Part shown: one piece after another, positions 32,031 to 40,965 of the stretch
How the letters are laid out: every line of letters starts with the position of its first letter
How positions within the stretch are numbered: position 1 is the stretch's first letter
Assembly (NCBI GenBank): GCA_017436525.1
Contig: JAFSCX010000044.1
Span: forward strand, 1,267-65,266
Direction of reading: 5' to 3'
From: Clostridia bacterium
Lineage (GTDB): Bacteria; Bacillota; Clostridia; Oscillospirales; QAKW01
DNA length: 64,000 nucleotides
Made by a program: the position numbers and the translations under genes
The notes under the pieces: model-generated
The model's database searches: none
The model's input: the letters and a program-made list of their open reading frames with translations, nothing else
What the model was told of the DNA's origin: nothing

Positions 32031-32759
32031 ATGAAGCTGTTGAAATTTTATCTTCGCTATTTTCTTTTTCGTTCTACAAAAAAACTCAAAAACATCATTC
32101 AGATCATCGAATCCCAGGGCTTTCATGTTTTTTCCTACCTTTTAGAGGATGAGAAAGACGATACAACCATCCTCATTAACCAATGGGGATGCCATGAGCA
32201 CGCAAAGCACCACAGCGCTTTTATCATTTCCAACTCGTTTGCCAAAGGTCTCTTTATCAAAGAAAACCTAAATGACGATGATCGTCTTGAATTATATTTT
32301 CATGAAGAAGCCCACATTTTATACGATCATCCCTTCTATGATGGCTATACCAACAATACCACCGTTCAGCAGGAAAAGGTTGCTAATTTCTTCCTCTTCC
32401 GCCTGCGATTGCTGAAGGCAGCGACCTACACCCTGTTCTTTGCTGCTCTTTTATCTGCAGCCTTCCTACTCCACCCGCTCAAGGGTGCGGAGGTTGCCGA
32501 TGAGGAGCCCCAAGCAGTTCTGCAGACCGCCGTCTACACTGCACCGGAGGAGGATCCGATCCCTGCAGATCTGCTGATCGCCGAAGCCTCGGCAGAGCCG
32601 GCAATCAAACCCACCGGCGCCACCGTCTATATCACCCCCTCCGGTGAACGCTATCACCGCCCCGATTGTTACCACATCGAAGGCCGCACCACCCTGCCCT
32701 TGACTATCCCCGAAGCGGAGCAATTCAACAAAACCCCTTGTAAAACCTGTCAACCTTGA
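32031..32759 (+). CDS. ImmA/IrrE-like metalloprotease fused to a TM segment and a C-terminal Cys/His module
   Basis: ..AKGLFIKENLNDDDRLELYFHEEAHILYDH matches the ImmA/IrrE pattern (HExxH). Then comes TM ATYTLFFAALLSAAFLL, an acidic/Pro linker, and ..VYITPSGERYHRPDCYH....PCKTCQP. Confidence 0.6.
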   Translation: MKLLKFYLRYFLFRSTKKLKNIIQIIESQGFHVFSYLLEDEKDDTTILINQWGCHEHAKHHSAFIISNSFAKGLFIKENLNDDDRLELYFHEEAHILYDHPFYDGYTNNTTVQQEKVANFFLFRLRLLKAATYTLFFAALLSAAFLLHPLKGAEVADEEPQAVLQTAVYTAPEEDPIPADLLIAEASAEPAIKPTGATVYITPSGERYHRPDCYHIEGRTTLPLTIPEAEQFNKTPCKTCQP

Positions 32760-32774
32760 AAGGAGGTGAAAACT

Positions 32775-34226
32775 ATGGAAATCTTTGCAGGCTATATCCG
32801 CGTCAGCACTGATGATCAAACCGAATACTCCCCCGATAGCCAGATGAAGCTCCTGCGGGAACGCGCCGAAAAGGACGGCGGCATGATTCCGGAAGAATAT
32901 ATGTTCGCAGATCCCGGCATCAGCGGCAAGGATGCCGCCCACCGCCCCGAATTCAACCGCATGATTGCTTTAGCAAAGCAAAAAGATCCCCCTTTTCGGA
33001 GGATCTATGTTTGGAAATTCAGCCGCTTCGCCCGCAACCAAGAGGAAAGCATTGTATTTAAGAATATGCTCCGCAAAAACGGAGTAGAGATCGTCAGCAT
33101 CTCCGAGCCTTTAGTGGAGGGTGCCTTCGGCTCCCTGATAGAGCGCATTATCGAATGGCAAGATGAATATTACCTGATCAACCTTTCCGGCGAGGTAAAG
33201 CGCGGCATGATGGAAAAAGCAAGCCGCGGCGAGGCCATGTGCCGGGTATTCGGTCTCGATATCAAAGATCTCTCCTATGTCAAAAATGCCGATAACCCCC
33301 ATGTGGTTGATATCTTTGAATCCTTTGATCAAGGAGAGAACCTTCGCTCTATCGCCAAGCGTCTCGATGCCGCAGGGGTACGCACCCCAAGAGGAAACTC
33401 GCCCGATATTCGCTTTGTGGAATATATCCTTCGCAACCCTATCTATATTAAAAAGCTTCGATGGAGCTCCGAGGGAAATCCTTGCTCCAAGCGCCGCTAT
33501 GACGATCCAAACATTAAGATTTTCGATGCAAAAGCACCTCGCACGGTTTCCGATGAGCTTTTCTATCGAGTGCAAAAGCGCCTCGATGATCGCAAGGCAC
33601 TCTATGCCAGATCGGACCGCCCCAATACCGGCCGCCCTTGGCTCCTAAAAGGAATTGCCAAATGCGACTGCGGCGGATCCTTAGTGTTTGCATCTGCCAA
33701 AGAGCCCTCTGTTCAATGTAATAACTATAACCATATGCGCGGTTGCACCGTCAGCCACCATATTTCCCAAAGAAAACTGTTTGAATCCTTTGTAATCGGT
33801 CTTAGAAACTGCTGTGCCCTCGATCGCTACGATACCGATCCCGATGCACCTATCAAAAAAGCCTCCGAAAGCGCCCCCGCCGATTTTCAAAAACTCATCG
33901 CCGCCGAGGAGCGCAAGCTCGCTCGCTGCGCCGCCGCCTTTCAGGCCGGCATTGATACGATGGAGGAATACGCAAAAAATAAGGCCGAGATCCAAAAGCG
34001 AATCAACGCCCTTGAGCAGGAAGCTTCCCGCCAAGCGAATAAACTCTCCCCCGAATCAGCAAAAGCCGCCTCTATCGAGGATTACCGCACCCGCACCATG
34101 GCGCTGATCCACACCCTTGAAGATCCGGAGATCCCTATCCCCTTAAAAAACGATGCCACCCGCTCCCTGATCTCCCGCGTCGTCTTCCACAAACCGGATA
34201 ACACCCTATCCATCTTCTTCAAATAA
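32775..34226 (+). CDS. large serine recombinase (prophage integrase)
   Basis: ATG 32775 lies 8 nt after AGGAGG. AGYIRVSTDDQ carries the catalytic Ser motif of the resolvase domain. A recombinase/zinc-ribbon region (CDCGGSL....C..YNHMRGC) and a C-terminal coiled coil follow. It is the last gene before attR. Confidence 0.9.
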   Translation: MEIFAGYIRVSTDDQTEYSPDSQMKLLRERAEKDGGMIPEEYMFADPGISGKDAAHRPEFNRMIALAKQKDPPFRRIYVWKFSRFARNQEESIVFKNMLRKNGVEIVSISEPLVEGAFGSLIERIIEWQDEYYLINLSGEVKRGMMEKASRGEAMCRVFGLDIKDLSYVKNADNPHVVDIFESFDQGENLRSIAKRLDAAGVRTPRGNSPDIRFVEYILRNPIYIKKLRWSSEGNPCSKRRYDDPNIKIFDAKAPRTVSDELFYRVQKRLDDRKALYARSDRPNTGRPWLLKGIAKCDCGGSLVFASAKEPSVQCNNYNHMRGCTVSHHISQRKLFESFVIGLRNCCALDRYDTDPDAPIKKASESAPADFQKLIAAEERKLARCAAAFQAGIDTMEEYAKNKAEIQKRINALEQEASRQANKLSPESAKAASIEDYRTRTMALIHTLEDPEIPIPLKNDATRSLISRVVFHKPDNTLSIFFK

Positions 34227-34270
34227 CCACCCCTTGAAATCTCAAAATCGACCCTTTACCATACCTATTT

Positions 34271-34316
34271 TTATAACCTTTAACATTTCGGAGGCCCCGA
34301 TGGAGAACTGGGCGCA
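34271..34316. other. attR (phage arm / central GG 34293-34294 / host arm)
   Basis: TTATAACCTTT-aacatttcgga-GG, then cotJC sequence. It mirrors the attL phage arm: the reconstructed attP has 11-bp inverted repeats placed 11 nt either side of GG. Confidence 0.75.
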
Positions 34317-34802
34317 TCTCAGCGTTATCTTTCCCAGCGCTATTCCATGCCCTATCGGGAGGTTTCCGCCCTGCTCACCGATATCGGTACCGAGGAGCTG
34401 GCCCATATGGAAATTGTATCTACCATTGTGCGGCAGCTCTTAAAGGGGCTCTCTGCCGATGAGATCCAAGCCCAAGGCTTTGCCGACTATTATACCGACC
34501 ATACCGCCGGAATCTGGCCGCAGGCGGCAAGCGGTGAGCCTTGGAGCGCCACCACCTTCCAATCCAAAGGAGATCCCATCACCGATCTTTTTGAGGATAT
34601 GGGCGCGGAGCAAAAGGCCCGTACCACCTATGATAACCTGCTGCGGTTGATTAAGGATCCGGATGTACGGGATCCCATCAAATTCCTCCGCCAGCGGGAG
34701 ATCAACCATTTCCAACGTTTCGGTGAAGCCCTCGGCCAAGTCCGCCGCCATCTGGACAGCAAAAACTACTATCGCTTCAACCCTGCCTTTGATAAAAAAT
34801 AA
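34290..34802 (+). pseudogene. cotJC: cotJC 3' fragment (resumes at Gly30/31)
   Basis: In-frame GGPDGELGASQRYLSQRYSMPYREVSALLTDIGTEELAHMEIV....KGDPITDLFEDMGAEQKARTTY....FLRQREINHFQRF is the CotJC/Mn-catalase family. No start codon or RBS of its own lies upstream. Confidence 0.9.
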
Positions 34803-34807
34803 AAGGC

Positions 34808-34849
34808 TCCCCCACCTGCTCCTCTCTGATAAGCAGGTGGGGGATTTTT
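34808..34849 (+). terminator. cotJ operon terminator
   Basis: CCCCCACCTGCT-cctctctgata-AGCAGGTGGGGG followed by ATTTTT. Confidence 0.85.
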
Positions 34850-34898
34850 GCATAATTCCTTTTCTTCTTCCATATATTAAATACACATATAGGAAGAG

Positions 34899-35378
34899 GT
34901 GATTTTTTTGAAAAAAGTTTCTTGGAAATTGATCATCATCAGCATCTTGATTGCGGAAGGGGTGGGGCTGCTCTCCTCCTTTTTGGCAGGCGGCACCGCC
35001 GTCTACAAGGACCTCAATCAACCGCCCTTTGCCCCGCCCGGCTGGGTCTTCCCCATTGCATGGGGAATCCTTTACGCCCTGATGGGGGCTGCTGCCGCGC
35101 TGATTCCCACCGCCCGCGCCTCCGATGAAGATAAAAAGAGAGCGCTGACCCTCTACGGCCTGCAGCTTCTTTTTAATTTTTCCTGGAGCATTATTTTCTT
35201 TCGATTTGAATTATATTGGCTCTCGGTGGTCATTATTTTGATTTTGCTGATTTTAGTAACCCTCACTCTTCTGCGCTTTTGGCAGATCCGCCCATTGGCG
35301 GGGGCACTTCTGATCCCCTATCTCCTCTGGCTGCTCTATGCCACCTATCTGAACATCGGCGTTGCATTGCTCAATTAA
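34899..35378 (+). CDS. tspO: TspO/MBR family tryptophan-rich sensory protein
   Basis: PPFAPPGWVFPIAWGILYALMG and LLFNFSWSIIFF motifs. Five TM segments. Confidence 0.85.
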   Translation: MIFLKKVSWKLIIISILIAEGVGLLSSFLAGGTAVYKDLNQPPFAPPGWVFPIAWGILYALMGAAAALIPTARASDEDKKRALTLYGLQLLFNFSWSIIFFRFELYWLSVVIILILLILVTLTLLRFWQIRPLAGALLIPYLLWLLYATYLNIGVALLN

Positions 35379-35381
35379 ACT

Positions 35382-35423
35382 AAAAAGCGGTAAAAAATCA
35401 AATGATTTTTTACCGCCTTTTTT
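35382..35423. terminator. bidirectional terminator
   Basis: GCGGTAAAAAATCA-aat-GATTTTTTACCGC with flanking A/T runs, between convergent genes. Confidence 0.75.
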
Positions 35424-35850
35424 AATTTAAGATTTGAAATTTTCCGATTACGGGAAGTTCCTTTTTCTCTCCTTTACATGCATTCACAATCCCGATGATT
35501 GCCAATACCAAAAGAAGCAATTCTGCAAGTTCCAACAGCTCTCCCACGATTCCGAATCCGAGAACGGCAAAAATACCGCCCACAATTCCGCTCACAATTC
35601 CCCACGCCAGCTCCACAATAAAGAGGACTAAGCCCTGATTGGCATGGAAGCGGGCAAAGGGGCGCTCCTTGGCCGCAAAAATCGGGATCAATACCAAGAG
35701 CCCGAAATAGGAAAGGACAGCCATCAGCTTATCATCACCGCCGACCTTCTCTTCCGCAGCCGCAGGAGATTCCCCTTGGGAAGCGCCGCAGAAGGGGCAA
35801 AAATTTTGATTTTCTTCGATTTCTTTTCCGCATTGACCGCAAAAAGCCAT
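35422..35850 (-). CDS. zinc-ribbon + DUF4870-like membrane protein
   Basis: CGQCGKEIEENQNFCPFCG zinc ribbon, followed by LSYFGLLVLIPIFAAKERPFARFHANQGLVL. Confidence 0.75.
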   Translation of the reverse strand: MAFCGQCGKEIEENQNFCPFCGASQGESPAAAEEKVGGDDKLMAVLSYFGLLVLIPIFAAKERPFARFHANQGLVLFIVELAWGIVSGIVGGIFAVLGFGIVGELLELAELLLLVLAIIGIVNACKGEKKELPVIGKFQILN

Positions 35851-35911
35851 TTTTCATCCCTCCATATTTTTCTATATTCCATTTTATCCAAAAACGCAAA
35901 TATTGTCAATA

Positions 35912-36220
35912 TCACAAAAAGAATTCCGTTACAAAAACGGCTGCGCAAGAAAGAAGCGCCACCGGCAAAAGCCCCAGATCAAAGCAAGCGCTTACCACTG
36001 CAACTCCCAAGCCGATCGCGGCTGAGATGGGAGAGGCAGTCGATTGCAGGATAGCCGGAAAGGTCATTGCCGCAAGGACGGCATAAGGGATATAATGCAA
36101 AAAGGAGCGGATAAACCGATTAGTAATCTTTTTGCGAAAAATCGCCAGCGGCACCATCCGCACAAGATAGGTTACCACCGCCATGACGATGATATGAAGA
36201 ATCAAAGGTAAAATTTCCAT
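35912..36220 (-). CDS. azlD: branched-chain amino acid transport protein AzlD
   Basis: Start at MEILPL (36220) behind GGAGG. Small 4-TM protein immediately downstream of azlC. Confidence 0.75.
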   Translation of the reverse strand: MEILPLILHIIVMAVVTYLVRMVPLAIFRKKITNRFIRSFLHYIPYAVLAAMTFPAILQSTASPISAAIGLGVAVVSACFDLGLLPVALLSCAAVFVTEFFL

Positions 36221-36224
36221 CCGC

Positions 36225-36914
36225 TTAATCCTCCACCGGCCGAACGACCGCCCCAAACACTGCCGCAAGGCAAGCGCAGATAATGATGCAGAATCCATCC
36301 GACAGCCGATTGATCAGCGGCAGCCATTCAAAGGCGCAAGAAAGCGCCACCGCCACCGCCACAACGCCGATCACGGCAAGGCTTTTTTTCATGGCGGGAA
36401 TCACAATCGCCACAAACATTCCGTAGATGGCGATTCCAAAAGCCGAAAGGATCGCCGCGGGCAAGAGTGCGCTTGCCGAGGCACCGGCCAAAGTCCCGCC
36501 GGACCAGCAAAGCCAAGGAAGGGTCATCAGCCCATAAAAATATGCAGGAGTGATTGCACCTTTCTGACCGGAAGCAAGAGCAAAAATCTCATCGGTATTT
36601 CCAAAGGCCATAATCAGCCGCTCAAAGGGGCGAACGCCCTCTTTAAGCTTTTGGGAAAGGGAGATAGACATCAGCGCATAGCGAAGATTGATGATCAGCT
36701 GGGTCAGGGCATTTTCCAAATAACTGCCTGCCGCTAAAATGACAGTGAGCCCTGCAAACTGCCCCGCAGAGGTCATATTGCTCATGGAAATGGCCACCGC
36801 CGCCCAAATCGGCATCCCCGATTGCACCGCGGCCATGCCAAAAGCCATCGACACGGAAAAATAGCCAAGCCCAATCGGCAATCCATCCCTGAATCCTTTC
36901 CAATATTCATTCAT
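36225..36914 (-). CDS. azlC: AzlC family branched-chain amino acid exporter component
   Basis: Start at MNEYWKGFRDGLPIGLGYFSVSMAFG behind GAAGGAAGG. SNMTSAGQFAG is a typical AzlC motif. Confidence 0.8.
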   Translation of the reverse strand: MNEYWKGFRDGLPIGLGYFSVSMAFGMAAVQSGMPIWAAVAISMSNMTSAGQFAGLTVILAAGSYLENALTQLIINLRYALMSISLSQKLKEGVRPFERLIMAFGNTDEIFALASGQKGAITPAYFYGLMTLPWLCWSGGTLAGASASALLPAAILSAFGIAIYGMFVAIVIPAMKKSLAVIGVVAVAVALSCAFEWLPLINRLSDGFCIIICACLAAVFGAVVRPVED

Positions 36915-36967
36915 GATTTGCGCCTTCCTTCTCTTTCTCATTAAGGGCTATTCTATCATATTGCAAC

Positions 36968-37011
36968 AAAAAAATCAACCTGCACTTCATAAGAAGTGCA
37001 GGTTGATTTTT
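36968..37011. terminator. bidirectional terminator
   Basis: ATCAACCTGCACTTC-ataa-GAAGTGCAGGTTGAT flanked by A and T runs. Confidence 0.8.
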
Positions 37012-38461
37012 AACCTACTATTTCTTTCAAAAGTTTCTGATTGCAAGGGGTCATGGTGCGCATATATTCCTCAATATAGGGGGTAATGATATCATAACCG
37101 GAAGCGCTGATATGGACCATGTTTTTGGTATCATATGTATGCTTTTCGGTGGTCAAATCCAGCTCATGGGTAATCTCCTTATGATTATACATATCAAAAT
37201 AGGTAATACCCCATTTTTCGCAGATCTTCTTGGCGGTATTAAAATATTCGCTCATATCGGCGCAGCGGCCGGGCTTTGCGGCAGGCATCTTAAAATTCAT
37301 CAAGTAGCCGATCGCAGCCGTATCGCCGTAATATTTCACTGCATTATAAAGATTCCATTCCAAGCCGCCTGCATAGGTGCTCAGATCGAATTCATCGGGA
37401 TCAAAGCCATCGGAGATCAACCCTACTTCGGCACTCTCCCACGCATCGTTTACCCCGCCATGGATCAAGACATAATCAAAATCTTCATTCTTACTCTTGA
37501 GAATCTGATCGACAATCCAAAGATTCCGCGCAGTAGAGAGGGAGGAGCCGCTTACACCGTTATTGATGGCTTCCATGCCGGTAAGGGTCAATCGAGAAGC
37601 CCAACCGCCGGAGCCCACACAGATGGAATCGCCCACAAATAAGCCTCTCTTCCCATAAAGGCAATCGCTGAAATAGCCGGAATTCACACCGGTCAGCTTT
37701 TCAAAATCCTTCATGGAGAAGGTATTATTGCGCGCGATTACAAACTCTCCCTTTACAGAAGAGGGCACATTCAGCACTACTTTCTCCGCATTTTTTGGCA
37801 CTGCATAAGTATAAATCTTCATGCCGCCCTCAAAGGTGGCCTCTTCCTCCAGCAGCGTAGCATTGATCAGCTCCACCGCTTTTCCATTTTTATCGAAAGC
37901 AAAGCCGACCACAACCTGCGCAGGGGTAACCGGCCCAAAGGTCAGAGAATCGCCGTATTTCACGCCTACCTCATCAGATAGGCAGGTGCCCTGCTGAATT
38001 CCTTTTTTGCCTTTAAGATTGAGGCCCATATTATTGCTCTTGGCCACAAACAGATTCTTCAGCGCCTCTTCGGGAGAGACAGGAGCAGAATCACCGGAAG
38101 GTTCTTCATCGGTGGAGGAATCGGAGTCTTTGGAAGGCTGATCGGAGGAATCATCGGGAGAACTATCCTCTTTTTCATCGGAAGAATCATCCCCTTGGTT
38201 TTGATTCTGATTTTGGTTTTGGTTTTGATTTTGATTATTATTCGAAGAAGAATCTCCGCCATCGTTGGAATTGCCGGAAGAAGATTCCTGATCATCGGAA
38301 GAGTTGCTTCCACTGCCGCCGCTGATAATGCCGCCGCCCGAAGAAGCCTCGCCTTCCACATAAGAATCCGCAGAAGCGCTTTCCTCTTGGGGCTTTGCTC
38401 CGCAGCCTGCAAGCATGGAAAGAAGCATCGCTAAAATCATAATCCCTGCGAATCTTTTCAT
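37010..38461 (-). CDS. lipoprotein with disordered S/D/N/Q-rich linker and C-terminal SGNH/GDSL hydrolase domain
   Basis: Signal peptide plus lipobox MLSMLAGC. (NQ)7 run. GLFVGDSICVGSGGW (block I), GVSGSS and IHGGVNDAW (block III/V-like) are SGNH motifs. Confidence 0.75.
   Translation of the reverse strand: MKRFAGIMILAMLLSMLAGCGAKPQEESASADSYVEGEASSGGGIISGGSGSNSSDDQESSSGNSNDGGDSSSNNNQNQNQNQNQNQNQGDDSSDEKEDSSPDDSSDQPSKDSDSSTDEEPSGDSAPVSPEEALKNLFVAKSNNMGLNLKGKKGIQQGTCLSDEVGVKYGDSLTFGPVTPAQVVVGFAFDKNGKAVELINATLLEEEATFEGGMKIYTYAVPKNAEKVVLNVPSSVKGEFVIARNNTFSMKDFEKLTGVNSGYFSDCLYGKRGLFVGDSICVGSGGWASRLTLTGMEAINNGVSGSSLSTARNLWIVDQILKSKNEDFDYVLIHGGVNDAWESAEVGLISDGFDPDEFDLSTYAGGLEWNLYNAVKYYGDTAAIGYLMNFKMPAAKPGRCADMSEYFNTAKKICEKWGITYFDMYNHKEITHELDLTTEKHTYDTKNMVHISASGYDIITPYIEEYMRTMTPCNQKLLKEIVG
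38195..38236 (-). repeat. hexanucleotide (CAAAAY)7 tract encoding (NQ)7
   Basis: The + strand reads TTGGTTTTGATTCTGATTTTGGTTTTGGTTTTGATTTTGATT. Confidence 0.8.
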
Positions 38462-38475
38462 ATTGTCGCCATCCT

Positions 38476-39393
38476 TTACTTAATTTTCTTCAGATCATAT
38501 GGTGTTGTCTGATAGACAAAATAATTGAGCCAATTGCTATAAAGCAGATTAGCGCAGGAGCGCCAGGTTACCTTGGGCTTCTTGGTGGGATCATCATCGG
38601 GATAATAATTTTTGGGGATACTGATGGGGCGGCCAAGGCCCAAATCCCGCTGATATTCGCTATCCAAGGTCATGGCATCATATTCCGAATGGCCGGTGAT
38701 AAAAATCTGCTTTCCCTTCTTGGTGGCCACTGCATAGACCCCCGCCTCCTTGGAGGAAGCAAGAATCTTCAACTCAGGAACCGCCTCAATTTTTTCTCTC
38801 GCCACGGTTGTATGGCGGGAATGGGGGACCATAAAGGTATCATCGAAGCCGCGGAAAAGAATGGACTTTTTATGATCCAGCTTATGGGGAAAGATGCCAA
38901 ACATCTTCTCGGGCAGCGGCTCTTTATCAATCCCAAAATGATAATAAAGCCCCGCTTGAGCGCCCCAGCAGATATGGAAGGTGCTATGGACATGGGTCTT
39001 GCTCCATTCCATGATCTCGCAGAGCTCTTCCCAATATTCCACCTCTTCAAAGGGAATCTGCTCCACCGGCGCACCGGTAATGATCAGACCATCAAAATTC
39101 CGATCCTTCACATCATCGAAGGTCTTATAGAAGGAAAGCAGATGCTCTTTGGATACATTCTTGGATTCATGGCTTTTGGTATGGATCAGCTCCAGCTCCA
39201 CCTGCAGAGGCGTATTTCCAAGCAAGCGGGAAAGCTGCGTCTCTGTCTCCACCTTTTTGGGCATCAGATTCAAAAGCAGAATCTGCAAGGGGCGGATCTC
39301 TTGGACCTGCGCCCGTGTCTCTGTCATGACAAAGATATTTTCTTTTCTCAATACATCCGTTGCCGGTAAGGCATTCGGGATTTTAATCGGCAT
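38476..39393 (-). CDS. metA: homoserine O-acyltransferase MetA
   Basis: [23 protein letters not shown]....[12 protein letters not shown]....HICWGAQAG shows full-length family similarity. Confidence 0.9.
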   Translation of the reverse strand: MPIKIPNALPATDVLRKENIFVMTETRAQVQEIRPLQILLLNLMPKKVETETQLSRLLGNTPLQVELELIHTKSHESKNVSKEHLLSFYKTFDDVKDRNFDGLIITGAPVEQIPFEEVEYWEELCEIMEWSKTHVHSTFHICWGAQAGLYYHFGIDKEPLPEKMFGIFPHKLDHKKSILFRGFDDTFMVPHSRHTTVAREKIEAVPELKILASSKEAGVYAVATKKGKQIFITGHSEYDAMTLDSEYQRDLGLGRPISIPKNYYPDDDPTKKPKVTWRSCANLLYSNWLNYFVYQTTPYDLKKIK

Positions 39394-39417
39394 AGGGTAA
39401 TCCCCCTTTATTCATCA

Positions 39418-40701
39418 TTATACATTTGCCAAAGCGTTCTCAATATCGGCGATCAGATCCTCTGCATTCTCAAGACCGACAGAGAACCGTACCAAATCGC
39501 CGGGAACTCCTGCAGCAATCAATTCCTCATCGCTCATCTGCCGATGGGTGGCGGTGGCGGGATGGAGACAGCAGCTTCTGGCATCGGCCACATGGGTCTC
39601 AATCGCAGCAATCTTCAGCCCTTTCATAAATTCGGCAGCGGCCGCTTTCCCGCCCTTTACGCCGAAGCTGATGACACCGCAGCTTCCCTTGGGCAGATAT
39701 TTCTTGGCCCGCTCATGCTCGGGATCTCCCTCCAGACCGGGATAGCGCACCCAGCCTACCTTGGGATGATCTTTCAGATACTCAGCGATTCTTTGCGCAT
39801 TCTCGCAATGGCGCGCCATCCGCACATGGAGGCTCTCCAGCCCAAGATTCAAAAGATAGGCGCTTTGCGGAGATTGGACGCAGCCAAGATCCCGCATCAG
39901 CTGAGCGGTGGCCTTGGTAATGAACGCCCCTTCCAAGCCGAAGCGCTCGGTATAGGTTACGCCGTGATAGCTATCATCAGGGGTGCAAAGTCCGGGGAAT
40001 TTTTCGGGATATTGGGTCCAATCAAATTTTCCGGAATCTACAATGCAGCCGCCTACTGCCGCACCATGGCCATCCATATATTTGGTGGTGGAATGGGTTA
40101 CGATATCGGCGCCCCATTCGATGGGCCGGCAATTTACGGGGGTAGCAAAGGTATTATCAATAATCAAGGGCACCCCATGGGCATGGGCGGCATTGGCAAA
40201 CCGCTCGATATCCAAAACATTCAAAGCAGGGTTGGCAATGGTCTCGCCAAAGACTGCTTTGGTATTGGGGCGGAAGGCTGCCTCTAATTCCTCATCGGAG
40301 CAATCGGGGGCCACAAAAGTAAAATCAATTCCCATCCGCTTCATGGTAACGGCAAAAAGATTATAGGTGCCGCCATAGATGGCAGAACTCGCCACAACGT
40401 GATCCCCGATGGAAGCAATATTAAATACTGCGAAGAAGGAAGCCGCCTGCCCGGAGCCGGTCAGCATAGCGGCGCTGCCGCCTTCCATCTCGCAGATCTT
40501 GGCTGCCACAGTATCGCAGGTGGGATTTTGCAATCTGGAATAGAAATAGCCGCTGGCCTCCAAATCAAAAAGCTTGCCCATATCCTCGCTGGTGGCATAC
40601 TTAAAGGTGGTGCTCTGAATAATCGGCACCTGACGGGGCTCCCCATTGCCGGGGGTATAGCCCCCTTGGACACATTTGGTCTCGATCTTAAAATCGCTCA
40701 T
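39418..40701 (-). CDS. metY: O-acetylhomoserine aminocarboxypropyltransferase/sulfhydrylase (MetY family)
   Basis: PLP-dependent Cys/Met-metabolism family: FKYATSEDMGKLFDL..GYFYSRLQNPT and HSTTKYMDGHG (PLP lysine). Confidence 0.9.
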   Translation of the reverse strand: MSDFKIETKCVQGGYTPGNGEPRQVPIIQSTTFKYATSEDMGKLFDLEASGYFYSRLQNPTCDTVAAKICEMEGGSAAMLTGSGQAASFFAVFNIASIGDHVVASSAIYGGTYNLFAVTMKRMGIDFTFVAPDCSDEELEAAFRPNTKAVFGETIANPALNVLDIERFANAAHAHGVPLIIDNTFATPVNCRPIEWGADIVTHSTTKYMDGHGAAVGGCIVDSGKFDWTQYPEKFPGLCTPDDSYHGVTYTERFGLEGAFITKATAQLMRDLGCVQSPQSAYLLNLGLESLHVRMARHCENAQRIAEYLKDHPKVGWVRYPGLEGDPEHERAKKYLPKGSCGVISFGVKGGKAAAAEFMKGLKIAAIETHVADARSCCLHPATATHRQMSDEELIAAGVPGDLVRFSVGLENAEDLIADIENALANV

Positions 40702-40718
40702 GTTATATTCCTCCTAAA

Positions 40719-40960
40719 TAAAAAATCTCAAGGCTGATTTGCCTTGAGACGAAAAAATTTCCGCGGTACCACTCAATTTGCACAATTTCTTGCGCCGCTC
40801 TTTATGCCTTAACGCAGCATCTGCGGGCGCGCCCTACCTATCGAACGCACCGGCTCAAAAGCCATAGACCCCCTGCCTCTCTCAGCTTGCCGCACTCGCA
40901 CCGACCGGCGGCTCTCTTCTTTGCCGAAATTCCGCAGAATCCTCTTCATCACAGCCATTA
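40719..40960 (-). promoter_or_regulatory. T-box leader (tRNA-sensing riboswitch) of the metY-metA operon
   Basis: Minus strand shows GTGATGAAGAGG (GA/K-turn-like), AGAGAGCCGCCGGTCGGTGCGAG (AG bay plus distal-loop consensus) and AAATTGAGTGGTACCGCGG (T-box sequence, 40761-40779). A terminator TCTCAAGGC-aaatca-GCCTTGAGA+TTTTTT (40719-40750) follows. Confidence 0.75.
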
Positions 40961-40965
40961 ACTGC

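Larger units (their letters stand above)
689..34292. mobile_element. integrated prophage (~33.6 kb), podovirus-like structural module, serine-integrase type
   Basis: Bounded by the two halves of cotJC. It contains a serine recombinase, CI/Cro, Rep, terminase, portal, capsid, lysis genes and a DGR. The att sites have dyad symmetry around a GG core. Confidence 0.9.

Noticed and set aside
40719-40960. A SAM-I (S-box) riboswitch was expected upstream of metY-metA.
   Set aside because: The SAM-I core elements were not found. The leader instead has the T-box sequence GAGTGGTACCGCGG and an AGAGAG plus GGTGCGAG Stem-I distal motif.
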